Source: an uncultured SAR86 cluster bacterium
GTDB lineage: Bacteria; Pseudomonadota; Gammaproteobacteria; Magnimaribacterales; AG-339-G14
Direction of reading: 5' to 3'
Assembly (NCBI GenBank): GCA_902553315.1
Contig: CACDKN010000001.1
Span: 369,884-433,883, forward strand
DNA: 64,000 nt
Both the position numbers and the translations under genes were made by a program. The notes below the pieces were generated by a model, which was given only the letters and a program-made list of their open reading frames with translations, was not told the DNA's origin and made no database searches. Shown in pieces: positions 40,907 through 51,900 of the stretch (position 1 is its first letter; each line of letters starts with the position of its first letter).

Positions 40907-42175
40907 TTAAATATTTTTAATAAAATCATACACTGCATTTGCACAACCTTTAGGATTTTCTATGACATTAAAATGTGAAGATTTTGGGATGAGAGCAAAA
41001 GATTCAAGTTTTGCGCTGGGTAACAACTTAAGCTTTCTATAATCTCTTTTCTCCTCGATAAGATTTGAAACTTTTTTATTTAGATCTTGACCCACACAAC
41101 CAGGAAATAGATCTTCAACTTCATTTTTAAAAAGATTGTAAATTCCAAAATAAGGTTGATCTGATATTAATTTTCTATTTTTTCCGTATTTAAATTCATC
41201 TTCTCCTTGAAATTGCATTATTTTTACATCTATATTTTTCAATTTCTTTCTATTTAAAACTTCCATTTTAGAGTCAGTTTGCATGAAGGTTTGTTGAACC
41301 TTTAAAAGATGTTTCCTTGTAGGGTTATTAGCTTTATAAATCAGGTGTGTTACTCGATCATACTCTTCAGAACCTTTTTTTGAACCTCTCAAGTGACTAG
41401 CTATTTCTGTAATTCCAAAAGGGATTTTAATGAATGTTATGAGAAAAAATAAAAGCCTCAGTTGAAAGGGATATGCCATGTACCTATGGGGAGGCCCTAC
41501 ACAAATTTTGGGAGCTAACTTTGACCATTCATCCTTATAATAATCCCAAACCTGAGACCCTCTGCTCAAGCTAAGAAATATTTCTTGATTTGAGATTAAT
41601 AAATTTTCAAAGACTATCACTCCTCTGTCGTGTCCAACAAAGTGAGCTTTTTTTAATTTTAATTTTTTAAATATTTTTAAGGTAATTTGTGCTTGGTTCT
41701 CGTGGCTAAATTTTGGATCAATATTAATTTCCTTAAAATTTATTTCACGATCAAAAGGAAACTTCAATGCATTGAACTTTGCATAAAGATTCTTATCCAA
41801 ATTTATTTTTGAATATTCTTCGTAATAAGGAAGATGCAAAATTAAAACATGTAAATCTTTATCTTTTCTACAAAGTTCTGATGCCATCCAGTAAAGGCTT
41901 TCGCTTGGATCGGTAGGAATGCCGCCCATCATTACGATAGTATTTTCCTCCGAGGCTTCTGTATTCCCGCATTCTGTTATCAAGTGCTGATAACCGTCAA
42001 TATGAATAAATCTTTTTTTTAGGTAAATACCTTTGTAGTTTAGGTCATTGCTTTGTTTCTTAAACAATTTCTCTTCCTCTCTGATAAAGCAAATTACTGT
42101 AAAAATAATTCTTAAAAAGAAGAGAAAAGTTTTCACCAGAAGGGCAAAGATAATTTCAACAAGGATTTTAATCAT
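40907..42175 (-). CDS. membrane-anchored alpha/beta hydrolase (Asp nucleophile)
   Basis: N-terminal TM; HFVGHDRG nucleophile elbow; SSHFNVIENP catalytic His. Confidence 0.7.
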   Translation of the reverse strand: MIKILVEIIFALLVKTFLFFLRIIFTVICFIREEEKLFKKQSNDLNYKGIYLKKRFIHIDGYQHLITECGNTEASEENTIVMMGGIPTDPSESLYWMASELCRKDKDLHVLILHLPYYEEYSKINLDKNLYAKFNALKFPFDREINFKEINIDPKFSHENQAQITLKIFKKLKLKKAHFVGHDRGVIVFENLLISNQEIFLSLSRGSQVWDYYKDEWSKLAPKICVGPPHRYMAYPFQLRLLFFLITFIKIPFGITEIASHLRGSKKGSEEYDRVTHLIYKANNPTRKHLLKVQQTFMQTDSKMEVLNRKKLKNIDVKIMQFQGEDEFKYGKNRKLISDQPYFGIYNLFKNEVEDLFPGCVGQDLNKKVSNLIEEKRDYRKLKLLPSAKLESFALIPKSSHFNVIENPKGCANAVYDFIKNI

Positions 42176-42191
42176 TTCGAAATACAAACGG

Positions 42192-42264
42192 AGCTGGCGA
42201 TTGGATTCGAACCAACGACCACCTGATTACAAATCAGGAGCTCTACCAACTGAGCTACGCCAGC
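42192..42264 (-). tRNA. tRNA-Thr(TGT)
   Basis: GCTGGCG/CGCCAGC stem, CCTGA-TTTGTAA-TCAGG arm; followed by CCG rather than CCA. Confidence 0.93.
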
Positions 42265-42284
42265 TAAGGAAATTGATTATATAA

Positions 42285-43079
42285 CTATTCTTTTATTTTA
42301 AAAGAGAGTTCTCCAGAAGAAATTAGTTTGGTTTCCTTGTCGATCTGTACTTTTAATCTTCCCTCGGAGTCTACTTCAATTACCATGCAATTTTTTTCTT
42401 TGAAATTCTCTGAGATTACAGTTTTATTTTTGAGATAATTATGTAGGTTGAATTTTTTTTGAAAGTGAGCAAAACCATAAATCTTATAAGCTCTAAAATA
42501 ATCTAATACTTTAGACGTCAATTTTCCAATTATTAGATTTCTGTCATACTTTTTTTCTCCATCTATTAATTTTAGGGAAACCCAATTCTGATCTATATGT
42601 TCATTGGTTTGCATAAAAACGTTTATCCCTATACCTATAATAATCTTGACTAAATTATTTTCATATTTAGTTTCAATCAAAATTCCACATAATTTTTTAT
42701 CTTTAAAAAAAATATCATTTGGCCATTTTATTTTTGAATCTATGTCATAAAGTTCTTCCAAAGTGTCTCTAATTGCAAGACCAACCATCAAACTAAAGCC
42801 ATTAAGGTTGGAGTTTTTTTCTAACTGGAAAGAAAATGACAAGTAAATATTTTGACCCGTTGGACTTTCCCATTTTTTATTTCCTCTACCTTTGCCCCTA
42901 GTTTGCTTCTCAGCTGAACAAATAAAAAGAGTATTTGCATCAATTTCTAAATCAGATAAGTATCTATTTGTTGAGTCTATTTCTTCAAAAATTAGTATTT
43001 TTATCTTACGGAAATCTTTTAAATTCAAATACGAATTAATAATTTTCTTATTTAAAGGGTTTTGATTGACATCTTCCAT
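42285..43079 (-). CDS. birA: biotin--[acetyl-CoA carboxylase] ligase (no HTH)
   Basis: DSTN, QTRGKGRG, KWPND and KLCGILIE motifs. Start moved to ATG 43079 because the longer ORF is antisense to tRNA-Tyr. Confidence 0.92.
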   Translation of the reverse strand: MEDVNQNPLNKKIINSYLNLKDFRKIKILIFEEIDSTNRYLSDLEIDANTLFICSAEKQTRGKGRGNKKWESPTGQNIYLSFSFQLEKNSNLNGFSLMVGLAIRDTLEELYDIDSKIKWPNDIFFKDKKLCGILIETKYENNLVKIIIGIGINVFMQTNEHIDQNWVSLKLIDGEKKYDRNLIIGKLTSKVLDYFRAYKIYGFAHFQKKFNLHNYLKNKTVISENFKEKNCMVIEVDSEGRLKVQIDKETKLISSGELSFKIKE

Positions 43080-43107
43080 TTGTAACAAGAGAATAAGCGT
43101 CCAATAT

Positions 43108-43191
43108 GGAGGGGTTGGGGAGCGGTCAAACCCAGCTGACTGTAAATCAGCCGCTTCGGCTTCGCAGGTTCGAATCCTGCCCCCTCCACCA
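43108..43191 (+). tRNA. tRNA-Tyr(GTA)
   Basis: GGAGGGG/CCCCTCC stem, GCTGA-CTGTAAA-TCAGC arm, long variable arm, CCA. Confidence 0.96.
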
Positions 43192-43199
43192 TATTTTTG

Positions 43200-43228
43200 T
43201 TGCAATTAACCTTAGAATTGAGTATAAA
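43200..43228 (+). promoter_or_regulatory. sigma70-like promoter for tRNA-Thr/tuf
   Basis: TTGCAA-17 bp-TATAAA. Confidence 0.55.
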
Positions 43229-43310
43229 CGCGAACGGAGTTAAGGGTCTAGGTTTGTTAATTTTTTTTTGATGATGATGAGCCAAGATTTTCTTTTTTCT
43301 TACAGGGTTT

Positions 43311-43386
<76 letters not shown>

Positions 43387-43426
43387 GAATTTTAAAAATT
43401 TAGTTTAATTTTAGAGAGGAAAAAAA

Positions 43427-44620
43427 ATGGCTAAGGAAAAATTTGAAAGAACCAAACCGCATGTAAATGTTGGAACTATTGGTCACGTAGACCATGGTAA
43501 AACTACACTTACCGCTGCTCTTACAAAAGTATGTGCAGACGCTTATGGAGCTGGAGAAGCCGTAGCTTTTGATGGAATTGATAATGCACCTGAAGAGAAA
43601 GAAAGGGGAATAACTATTGCCACCTCTCATGTGGAATACGATACACCTAATAGGCATTATGCACATGTTGATTGTCCGGGTCATGCTGACTACATTAAAA
43701 ATATGATTACAGGAGCTGCCCAGATGGACGGCGCAATATTAGTGGTCAATGCTGCCGATGGTCCTATGCCACAAACTAGAGAGCACATTTTATTAGCAAG
43801 ACAAGTAGGTGTTCCATACATTGTAGTTTTCTTGAATAAAGCTGACATGGTAGATGACGAGGAATTGACAATGTTGGTAGAAGAAGAAATTAGAGAATTA
43901 TTAACAGAATATGATTTTCCTGGGGCAGATACTCCAATTATTGTCGGATCTGCTTTGAAAGCACTTGAAGGAGACGAATCAGATATCGGTGTTTCAGCAG
44001 TCACGAAACTTGTGGAAGCGCTTGACTCTTACATTCCAGAACCTGAAAGAGAAACAGATAAACCTTTTTTAATGCCTATAGAGGACATTTTTTCTATTCA
44101 AGGAAGAGGAACTGTTGTAACAGGAAGAATTGAGAGAGGTATGGTCAATGTTAACGATCCTTTAGATATCATAGGTATCAAAGAATCTGAAGCTACAGTT
44201 TGTACTGGAGTAGAAATGTTTAGAAAACTTCTAGACCAAGGAAGAGCTGGAGAAAACGTAGGTGTCTTATTAAGGGGAACGAAACGAGAGGAAGTAGAGA
44301 GAGGTCAAGTTCTATGTGCTCCCGGTTCTATCAAATCTCATACTAAATTCGAAGCTCAAGTTTATGTTTTAAGCAAAGAAGAAGGAGGAAGGCACACACC
44401 TTTCTTTAAAGGTTACAGACCACAGTTTTATGTTAGAACTACTGATGTTACAGGTGCAGTTACTTTACCTGATGGCGTAGAGATGGTCATGCCAGGTGAT
44501 GATGTCTCTGTTACTGTTGAGCTTATTTCACCCATCGCGATGGAAGACGGCATGAAATTTGCTATCAGAGAGGGTGGAAGAACTGTAGGTGCCGGAGTAG
44601 TTACTAAGATTATCGAGTAG
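43427..44620 (+). CDS. tuf: elongation factor Tu
   Basis: [22 protein letters not shown] and NKAD motifs. Confidence 0.99.
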   Translation: MAKEKFERTKPHVNVGTIGHVDHGKTTLTAALTKVCADAYGAGEAVAFDGIDNAPEEKERGITIATSHVEYDTPNRHYAHVDCPGHADYIKNMITGAAQMDGAILVVNAADGPMPQTREHILLARQVGVPYIVVFLNKADMVDDEELTMLVEEEIRELLTEYDFPGADTPIIVGSALKALEGDESDIGVSAVTKLVEALDSYIPEPERETDKPFLMPIEDIFSIQGRGTVVTGRIERGMVNVNDPLDIIGIKESEATVCTGVEMFRKLLDQGRAGENVGVLLRGTKREEVERGQVLCAPGSIKSHTKFEAQVYVLSKEEGGRHTPFFKGYRPQFYVRTTDVTGAVTLPDGVEMVMPGDDVSVTVELISPIAMEDGMKFAIREGGRTVGAGVVTKIIE

Positions 44621-44694
44621 GCCAGTAGCTCAATTGGTAGAGCGGCGGTCTCCAAAACCGCAGGTTGGGGGTTCGATTCCCTCCTGGCCTGCCA
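44619..44694 (+). tRNA. tRNA-Trp(CCA)
   Basis: AGGCCAG/CTGGCCT stem, GCGGT-CTCCAAA-ACCGC arm, CCA; first 2 nt lie in the tuf stop codon. Confidence 0.97.
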
Positions 44695-44714
44695 CGATTT
44701 GAAGGTAGTTTTTG

Positions 44715-45083
44715 ATGTCACAACAAGTAGAAAGTAATTTTAATATCCAAAGCAAGCTGCTTTGGCTCATAGGATTATGCCTAATTTCCCTTGCCGTATG
44801 GGGCAATTCATATTTTTCTGACATTGGTCTTTTATATAGAGTGTTAGGCGTTGTTGGGATTCTTTTTGTTTCTTTATTTGTCTTGAGATTTACAATATTC
44901 GGAAACCAAACTTACAATTTACTTATACAATCTTCTACAGAAATTAGGAAGGTTGTATGGCCCAACAGAACAGAAACGACCCAGACAACTCTTATAGTTA
45001 CTGTTGCGGTTTTAATTGCTTCTCTTATTTTGTGGGGATTGGACTCTTTGTTTTCTTTTTTAATCAAATTGTTATTGGGTTGA
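44715..45083 (+). CDS. secE: preprotein translocase subunit SecE
   Basis: Three TM segments; EIRKVVWP motif. Confidence 0.93.
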   Translation: MSQQVESNFNIQSKLLWLIGLCLISLAVWGNSYFSDIGLLYRVLGVVGILFVSLFVLRFTIFGNQTYNLLIQSSTEIRKVVWPNRTETTQTTLIVTVAVLIASLILWGLDSLFSFLIKLLLG

Positions 45084-45086
45084 AAT

Positions 45087-45620
45087 ATGTCTAAAGCTTG
45101 GTATGTAATTAATTCTTACTCTGGTTACGAAAATAAGGCCAAAGAACAATTAATGGATAGAATTGTTTCTGAGGGACAGGGTGAATATTTTGGAAGAATA
45201 GAAGTTCCTACTCAGGAAATAACAGAAATTAAAGGTGGTAAAGAAAAAATCGTACAAAAGAAGTTCTTTCCTGGATACATTTTAGTGGAAATGGAAATGA
45301 ATGATGATACTTGGCATTTGGTTAAAGAAACTCCAAGAGTTTTAGGTTTTATAGGAGGAACAAAAAATGATCCTAAGAGCATCACAGATGTTGAGGCGAA
45401 CAGAATTTTAAATCAGATTGAAAATGGAGTTGATGAATCTACGCAAACAGTCTCATTTGAGCCTGGGGAAATGATTAGGGTCATAGACGGGCCTTTTAAT
45501 GATTTTAGTGGCGTTGTGGAAGAAGTAGATAACGAAAAAAGTAAAGTTAAAGTTGCAGTTATGATATTTGGAAGATCAACTCCAGTTGAACTAGATTTTA
45601 CTCAAATTGAGAGAAGCTAA
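45087..45620 (+). CDS. nusG: transcription factor NusG
   Basis: [22 protein letters not shown] motif and [10 protein letters not shown]. Confidence 0.97.
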   Translation: MSKAWYVINSYSGYENKAKEQLMDRIVSEGQGEYFGRIEVPTQEITEIKGGKEKIVQKKFFPGYILVEMEMNDDTWHLVKETPRVLGFIGGTKNDPKSITDVEANRILNQIENGVDESTQTVSFEPGEMIRVIDGPFNDFSGVVEEVDNEKSKVKVAVMIFGRSTPVELDFTQIERS

Positions 45621-46054
45621 TGGCCAAAGATAAGAAAATTATGACTTATATTAAGCTTCAAGTTCCTGCAGGAGCTGCAAGCCCTAGTCCTCCTGTTGGT
45701 CCGGCACTCGGTCAACATGGAGTGAATTTGATGGATTTTTGTAACGCTTTTAATACAAAAACAAATGATTTAGAAAAAAATGTTCCTGTTCCTGTTGTTA
45801 TATCAGTTTATGAAGACAGAAGTTTTGATTTTATAGTTAAGACTACACCTGCAAGTATTTTATTAAAAAAAGCTGCCGGACTTACAAAAGGAAGCGGTAC
45901 TCCCAACTCAGAGAAAGTTGGGAAAGTTAATAGATCACAATTGGAAGAAATAGCTCAAGCTAAAATGGCAGATTTAAATGCCTCAAGCTTAGATGCTGCG
46001 GTCAAGATTATTGAAGGCAGCGCAAGAAGCATGGGAATCGAAGTAGAGAATTAA
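45620..46054 (+). CDS. rplK: 50S ribosomal protein L11
   Basis: [13 protein letters not shown] and GSARSMG motifs. Confidence 0.98.
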   Translation: MAKDKKIMTYIKLQVPAGAASPSPPVGPALGQHGVNLMDFCNAFNTKTNDLEKNVPVPVVISVYEDRSFDFIVKTTPASILLKKAAGLTKGSGTPNSEKVGKVNRSQLEEIAQAKMADLNASSLDAAVKIIEGSARSMGIEVEN

Positions 46055-46057
46055 ATT

Positions 46058-46702
46058 ATGGAAAAAGTTAAATTAGAATTTGCTATCAGTGAAATTAATG
46101 AAAGCGCGTCAAAAAATTTTAAAGAAGCATTAGATGTAGCAGTCAATTTAGGGATTGATCCAAAAAAAACAGATCAAGCCGTTAGAGGAGCGACAAATTT
46201 ACCTCACGGAAATGGAAAAACTTATAAAGTAGCTGTTTTTGCCGAGGGCGATGAAGCTAAGGATGCTAAAGAAAATGGAGCCGATAAAGTTGGAATGGAA
46301 GATTTGGCCGATGAAATGAAAAAAGGAAATTTAGATTTTGATGTAATCATAGCAACGCCTTCAACTATGAAAGTGGTTAGTCCGCTTGGGCAAATACTTG
46401 GGCCTAAAGGTCTAATGCCTAATCCCAAATCAGAAACAGTTACGAAAGACATTAAATCAGCTGTTAAGAACGCTAAGTCTGGACAAATTAGGTATAAAAC
46501 TGATAAGCAGGGTATAATCCACACCCGTATTGGGCAAGTAGGATATTCAGAAGATCAAATCAGAGACAATTTAGAAGCTTTTCTTACAGATTTAAAAAAA
46601 GCTAAACCTCCTTCTTCTAAAGGAGTTTTCATTTCTAAAGTTTCTATTTCTTCTACTATGGGGAAAGGCTTTGATTTAGATCTAACTAATTTGAATTTTT
46701 AA
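46058..46702 (+). CDS. rplA: 50S ribosomal protein L1
   Basis: [27 protein letters not shown] and SSTMG motifs. Confidence 0.96.
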   Translation: MEKVKLEFAISEINESASKNFKEALDVAVNLGIDPKKTDQAVRGATNLPHGNGKTYKVAVFAEGDEAKDAKENGADKVGMEDLADEMKKGNLDFDVIIATPSTMKVVSPLGQILGPKGLMPNPKSETVTKDIKSAVKNAKSGQIRYKTDKQGIIHTRIGQVGYSEDQIRDNLEAFLTDLKKAKPPSSKGVFISKVSISSTMGKGFDLDLTNLNF

Positions 46703-46761
46703 TGCTAAAACATAATTTTGTAGATAAAGAATTTTTGTGCCATTGCAATTCCATTGCAATT

Positions 46762-46816
46762 GTCAAAGACCGCAGGAGCTTCGTAAAAAAAAGCTTAATT
46801 TTTCCTGCGCAGATGG
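46762..46816 (+). promoter_or_regulatory. ribosomal protein L10 leader (rplJ autoregulatory RNA)
   Basis: GTCAAAGACCGCAGG...TTAA...CCTGCGCAGATGG pattern in the rplA-rplJ gap. Confidence 0.8.
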
Positions 46817-46873
46817 TTCTCAATGCTCTTCGAGAGGTTGAGGTTTTATATTACTCATTTTGAGGAATTAACA

Positions 46874-47392
46874 ATGTCTAATTTAGACTTAAAAAAAGTA
46901 CAAGTTGATGAATTAAGGAAAGTTGTTGATGAGTCTCTATCGGTTGTTGCGGTAGATTATCGAGGAACAGATGTTCCAAAACTTACTTCTTTCAGAAAGG
47001 ATGCAAAAGACAAGTCTGTTTTTATTAAAATAATTAAAAACACTCTTGCTAAAAAAGCACTAGAGGATTCTAAATTTGATTCCCTGGTAGACGTTTTATC
47101 GGGTCCAACTTTGCTGGCTTTTTCTAAAGAAGACTATCAAAGCGCTGCAAAACTCATAAAAGATTTTTCAAAATCTGAAGAATCTTTTGAAGTCAAAGGT
47201 CTCTCAATAGGGGAAGGTTTACTTTCAGCAGATCAACTTAACAGAATTGCTTCACTGCCTAATAAAGAAGAAGCAATTTCAATGTTATTGGGATTAATGT
47301 TAGCCCCAATTACTAATCTAGCGTTGATCTCGAAAGAAATCCCGTCTTCTATGGTAAGAACTTTGAGTGCTTACAGCGATTCTAAAAATTGA
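46874..47392 (+). CDS. rplJ: 50S ribosomal protein L10
   Basis: Start moved to ATG 46874 (GAGGA upstream). DYRG, KNTL, GPT and ASLP motifs. Confidence 0.94.
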   Translation: MSNLDLKKVQVDELRKVVDESLSVVAVDYRGTDVPKLTSFRKDAKDKSVFIKIIKNTLAKKALEDSKFDSLVDVLSGPTLLAFSKEDYQSAAKLIKDFSKSEESFEVKGLSIGEGLLSADQLNRIASLPNKEEAISMLLGLMLAPITNLALISKEIPSSMVRTLSAYSDSKN

Positions 47393-47421
47393 GTTTGGTT
47401 TATCATATAAGGAGTTAAAAA

Positions 47422-47805
47422 ATGGCTTTAACCAAAGAAGAAATCTTAGACGCAATTTCAGAAATGAGCGTCATGGATATTGTCGATCTAGTTAAACTTA
47501 TGGAAGAAAAATTCGGAGTTTCCGCTGCAGCCCCTGTTGCTGCCGCTGCTGCTCCTGCTGCTGGTGAAGCCGGCGCTGAACCTGCTGAAGAGCAAAGTGA
47601 ATTTGAGATCTTCCTTGTTGATGTGGGTGATAAAAAAATAGATGTTATTAAAGCGGTGAGAACGATTACTGGATTAGGCTTAAAAGAAGCTAAGGCTATT
47701 GTCGATGGAGCACCAGCGTCTGTTAAAGAGGGTGCTAACAAGGAAGAAGCTGATACAGCTAAATCTCAGTTAGAAGAAGCTGGCGCAACTGTTGAATTAA
47801 AATAA
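47422..47805 (+). CDS. rplL: 50S ribosomal protein L7/L12
   Basis: [10 protein letters not shown] and [17 protein letters not shown] motifs. Confidence 0.98.
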   Translation: MALTKEEILDAISEMSVMDIVDLVKLMEEKFGVSAAAPVAAAAAPAAGEAGAEPAEEQSEFEIFLVDVGDKKIDVIKAVRTITGLGLKEAKAIVDGAPASVKEGANKEEADTAKSQLEEAGATVELK

Positions 47806-47817
47806 TTAATATTATTT

Positions 47818-50800
47818 ATGACTGAAAACTATTCATTTGCTGAAAAGAAAAGAATAAGAAAAAGCTTTGAAAAAATCTCTAGCGTCATGTCGCTTCCCGA
47901 CATTTTGGAGATTCAAACAGACTCTTACAAACACTTTTTACAAAGTGATATTGATCCAGAAAAAAGGAAAGACCAGGGCCTGGAGCAGGTCTTTAGATCA
48001 ATATTTCCAATCGTAAGTGTTTCGGGTAATGCCAAAATAGATTATTTAAAATATGAGTTAAGCGAACCCGAATTTGACGTATTTGAATGTCTTCCAAGAG
48101 GTAGAACTTATGAAGCTCCTTTACATATTTGGTGTCGAATTACTTTCATCGATAAAACAACTGGTGAAGAGAATCTTAAAAGTGCGAGAGATGAAAAGGT
48201 ATATATGGGCACTATGCCCCTGATGACTGAACATGGAACTTTTGTAATCAACGGTACTGAAAGAGTAGTTGTTTCACAACTCCATAGATCGCCAGGATTA
48301 ATTTTTGATCATGACAAAGGAAAAACTCATTCCTCAGGGAAACTTTTATATTCTTCTAGAGTAATTCCTTACAGAGGCTCTTGGTTAGACTTTGAGTTTG
48401 ATCATAAGGATTTGATCTACATAAGAATAGATAGAAGGAGAAAACTTTACGCTTCAATTTTACTCAAAAGTTTAGGTATGACACCTAAGGAGATTCTAGA
48501 CATCTTCTATGAAAAAGAATCTTATACTTTGAATAAAAATGGTATGTATAGTCTTTCTTTAAATTCACAAAAACTAGTAGGAAGATTAGCGCCGGTAGAT
48601 ATTCTTGCTAAAGATAAAAGTGTAATCATTGAATCAGGAAAGAGAATAACTGCTAGACATATTAGATTAATAGAGTCTAATAAAATTAAATCTTTAGATC
48701 TTCCTAAAGAGGCCCTTGTAGGCCTTTCGCTTAGTGAAGATATTATCGACGAAGCAACCGGAGAAATTATTTTTTCTTGCAATTCTCTTATAGATTCCGA
48801 AATGCTTGAAAAATTGGAAGAATTGAAAATTAAGCAAATTAATACGCTTTACATTAATGAGCTTGAATCTGGTCCTTACATTTCAGAGACTTTGAGATCG
48901 GATACAACCGCTACAAATCTAGAAGCTTTAGCAGAAATATACAGGATGATGCGTCCAGGAGAGCCGCCCACGAAAGAAGCAGCTACTCTTCTATTCGAAA
49001 ATTTATTTTTTAATGCAGATAAATATGATTTGTCTGATGTGGGTAGAATGAAGTTCAACAAAAGATTAGGTAAAGAAGAGCTAATCGGAGAAGGAGTTCT
49101 GTCTAAAGACGACATCATCGATGTGATGAAAACTCTTGTTGATATTAGAAACGGAAAGCAAAATTGTGATGACATCGATCACCTCGGAAACAGAAGAATT
49201 AGATCTGTTGGTGAAATGGTCTCCAATCAGGTGCGAGTAGGGCTTTTGAGAGTAGAGAGGGCAGTTAGAGAACGTCTGAACGTTGCAGAAGCAGAGGGAT
49301 TTGGTCCTGCTGATTTAATCAATGCAAAACCAGTAACTGCTGCTATCAATGAATTTTTTGGATCCAGTCAATTATCTCAATTCATGGATCAAAACAATCC
49401 TCTGTCAGAAGTTACTCATAAAAGAAGGGTTTCTGCGCTGGGTCCTGGTGGCCTTACTAGAGAAAGAGCAGGTTTTGAAGTTAGGGATGTTCACCCCACT
49501 CATTATGGAAGAGTTTGCCCTATTGAAACTCCTGAAGGTCCAAATATAGGTCTTATAAATTCTTTGTCAGTCTATGCGAGAGTTAATGATTTCGGATTTA
49601 TTGAGACTCCTTACAGAGAAATAATCAACGGAAAGGTATCAGAGAATATCAAGTACATTTCTGCAATCGAAGAGGGCGAATTTGTGATTGCCCAGGCTAG
49701 TGCTGTGCTTGATAAGAATAATAAATTTGTAGAAGAACTTGTTCCTGTTAGATACAGAAATGAATTTGAATTAGTTACCCCTGATAGAGTCGACTTAATG
49801 GATGTTTCACCTCAACAAGTCGTTTCCATTGCAGCAGCATTAATACCATTTCTTGAGCATGACGACGCAAACAGGGCATTGATGGGTTCTAATATGATGA
49901 GACAAGCAGTCCCAACGCTTTCTACCGAGACTCCATTAGTAGGAACTGGAATGGAGAGAACTGTGGCAAGAAATTCTGGAGACTGTGTGATAGCTAAAAA
50001 TGCTGGAATTATTGAAAAGGTAGACTCTGGAAGAATTGTCGTTAGGAAAAATTTGAAAGATATTTCTGGCACAGGTTCTGCTGTAGATATTTATAATCTT
50101 ATCAAGTACACCAGATCTAATCAGAACACTTGTATCAATCAAAAACCTATTGTTTCAGAGGGAGATAGAGTCTCTAAAGGCGATATATTGGCTGATGGAT
50201 CTTCAATAGATCTCGGTGAATTGGCCTTGGGACAAAATATAAAAATAGCATTTATGCCATGGCATGGATATAACTTTGAAGATTCAATTTTAATTTCTGA
50301 CCGACTTGTTCAAGAAGACAAATTAACTAGTATTCATATTGTAGAAGAAACCTGTACTTCTAGAGATACAAAGCTTGGACCAGATGAAATTACTGCTGAT
50401 ATTCCAAACGTTGGTGATTCTGCTTTATCTAAGTTGGATGAATGTGGAATTGTTCATATTGGAGCTGAAGTAAATGCAGGCGATATACTTGTTGGAAAAG
50501 TAACACCAAAAGGAGAAACCCAACTTTCTCCAGAAGAAAAACTTCTTAGAGCAATTTTTGGAGAAAAAGCCTCTGACGTTAAAGATACCTCGTTGAGAGT
50601 TAAATCTGGGCAGGATGGAACAGTTATCGATGTAAAAATTTTTACTAGAGAAGGACTGGATAAAAATTCAAGAGCTCAAGTAATTGAATCTATTTCCTTA
50701 TCAGAAATTCAAAAAGACATAGACCAAGAATTATCAATCGTCACAATGGCTACATTGAATTCTTTGAAATCTTCCATCGTTGGAAAACAGATAGTTAGCG

Positions 50801-51897
50801 CGAAGGGCTTAGAAAAAGGTAGCAAAATTGAAGATGCCTTTTTGTCAGATCTTCCTCCCTCTGAATGGTTTAAGTTGAGAATGAAGGACGAATCTTTAAA
50901 TGATGACATTAAAGAAGCTAAGGATAAGTTAAAAAAATATGAAGAAGATTTGAAGAAAAAATTTGATGACAAAAAGAAGAAAATTATTTCTGGAGATGAT
51001 TTGCCGCCAGGAGTTCAACAAGTAATCAAAGTTTATTTAGCAGTTAAGAGGAGAATTCAGCCAGGAGACAAATTGGCTGGGCGTCATGGAAATAAAGGCG
51101 TAATTTCAGTGATTATGCCGGTAGAAGACATGCCATATGATGAGAAAGGCGAGCCGGTAGATATTGTTTTGAACCCTCTCGGCGTTCCATCCAGAATGAA
51201 TGTAGGTCAGTTAATGGAAACACATCTTGGATGGGCTTCCAAAGAACTTGGAAAAAAAATTGGTGAGTTGATTGATTCCACAAACACTAAAGAAGCAAGA
51301 GAATTCGTGAACAAAGTTTATTCTTCTGTTGGAAGAGAAGAAGACCTCAATAAACTAAACGAAAAAGAGTTTAAAGAACTTTGTAATAATTTGAAATCCG
51401 GAGTTCCCATGGCTACGCCAGTATTCGATGGGGCTTCAGAAAAAGAAATAAAATCTATGCTTGATTTAGCGGGGCTTCCTACTTCAGGCCAAACCACTCT
51501 TTACGATGGAAGAACTGGGGATGCCTTTGAAAGACCAGTAACTATCGGATACATGTATATGCTTAAACTTAATCATTTAATAGAAGATAAGATGCATGCA
51601 AGATCAACTGGTTCATACAGTTTAGTGACTCAACAGCCATTAGGTGGAAAAGCACAGTTTGGTGGTCAAAGACTTGGAGAGATGGAAGTTTGGGCTCTTG
51701 AGGCTTATGGAGCTGCTCACACTTTACAAGAAATGTTGACTGTAAAATCTGATGATGTATCGGGAAGAACAAAAGTTTACAAAAATATAGTGGATGGAAA
51801 TCATGAGATGGAAGCTGGAATTCCAGAATCCTATAATGTTTTGACTAAAGAAATAAGATCTTTAGGCATAGACATAGATTTTGAAGAGGTAGATTAA
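47818..51897 (+). CDS. rpoB: RNA polymerase beta subunit
   Basis: [25 protein letters not shown] and [13 protein letters not shown] motifs. Confidence 0.99.
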   Translation: MTENYSFAEKKRIRKSFEKISSVMSLPDILEIQTDSYKHFLQSDIDPEKRKDQGLEQVFRSIFPIVSVSGNAKIDYLKYELSEPEFDVFECLPRGRTYEAPLHIWCRITFIDKTTGEENLKSARDEKVYMGTMPLMTEHGTFVINGTERVVVSQLHRSPGLIFDHDKGKTHSSGKLLYSSRVIPYRGSWLDFEFDHKDLIYIRIDRRRKLYASILLKSLGMTPKEILDIFYEKESYTLNKNGMYSLSLNSQKLVGRLAPVDILAKDKSVIIESGKRITARHIRLIESNKIKSLDLPKEALVGLSLSEDIIDEATGEIIFSCNSLIDSEMLEKLEELKIKQINTLYINELESGPYISETLRSDTTATNLEALAEIYRMMRPGEPPTKEAATLLFENLFFNADKYDLSDVGRMKFNKRLGKEELIGEGVLSKDDIIDVMKTLVDIRNGKQNCDDIDHLGNRRIRSVGEMVSNQVRVGLLRVERAVRERLNVAEAEGFGPADLINAKPVTAAINEFFGSSQLSQFMDQNNPLSEVTHKRRVSALGPGGLTRERAGFEVRDVHPTHYGRVCPIETPEGPNIGLINSLSVYARVNDFGFIETPYREIINGKVSENIKYISAIEEGEFVIAQASAVLDKNNKFVEELVPVRYRNEFELVTPDRVDLMDVSPQQVVSIAAALIPFLEHDDANRALMGSNMMRQAVPTLSTETPLVGTGMERTVARNSGDCVIAKNAGIIEKVDSGRIVVRKNLKDISGTGSAVDIYNLIKYTRSNQNTCINQKPIVSEGDRVSKGDILADGSSIDLGELALGQNIKIAFMPWHGYNFEDSILISDRLVQEDKLTSIHIVEETCTSRDTKLGPDEITADIPNVGDSALSKLDECGIVHIGAEVNAGDILVGKVTPKGETQLSPEEKLLRAIFGEKASDVKDTSLRVKSGQDGTVIDVKIFTREGLDKNSRAQVIESISLSEIQKDIDQELSIVTMATLNSLKSSIVGKQIVSAKGLEKGSKIEDAFLSDLPPSEWFKLRMKDESLNDDIKEAKDKLKKYEEDLKKKFDDKKKKIISGDDLPPGVQQVIKVYLAVKRRIQPGDKLAGRHGNKGVISVIMPVEDMPYDEKGEPVDIVLNPLGVPSRMNVGQLMETHLGWASKELGKKIGELIDSTNTKEAREFVNKVYSSVGREEDLNKLNEKEFKELCNNLKSGVPMATPVFDGASEKEIKSMLDLAGLPTSGQTTLYDGRTGDAFERPVTIGYMYMLKLNHLIEDKMHARSTGSYSLVTQQPLGGKAQFGGQRLGEMEVWALEAYGAAHTLQEMLTVKSDDVSGRTKVYKNIVDGNHEMEAGIPESYNVLTKEIRSLGIDIDFEEVD

Positions 51898-51900
51898 TTT

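Noticed and set aside
43080-43285. N-terminal extension of BirA and the 77-aa ORF 43052-43285
   Set aside because: Antisense read-through of tRNA-Tyr. ORFs 42048-42284, 44428-44721 and 44630-44824 are tRNA shadows in the same way.
43229-43310. G/U-rich spacer as an ncRNA or tRNA-Gly relic
   Set aside because: Only weak, G:U-heavy pairing and no tRNA motifs; cannot be supported.
49357-49452. Resistance alleles in rpoB cluster I (also checked the rpsL Lys sites)
   Set aside because: They read as the usual sensitive sequences ([26 protein letters not shown]; PKKPNS, RVKDLP).
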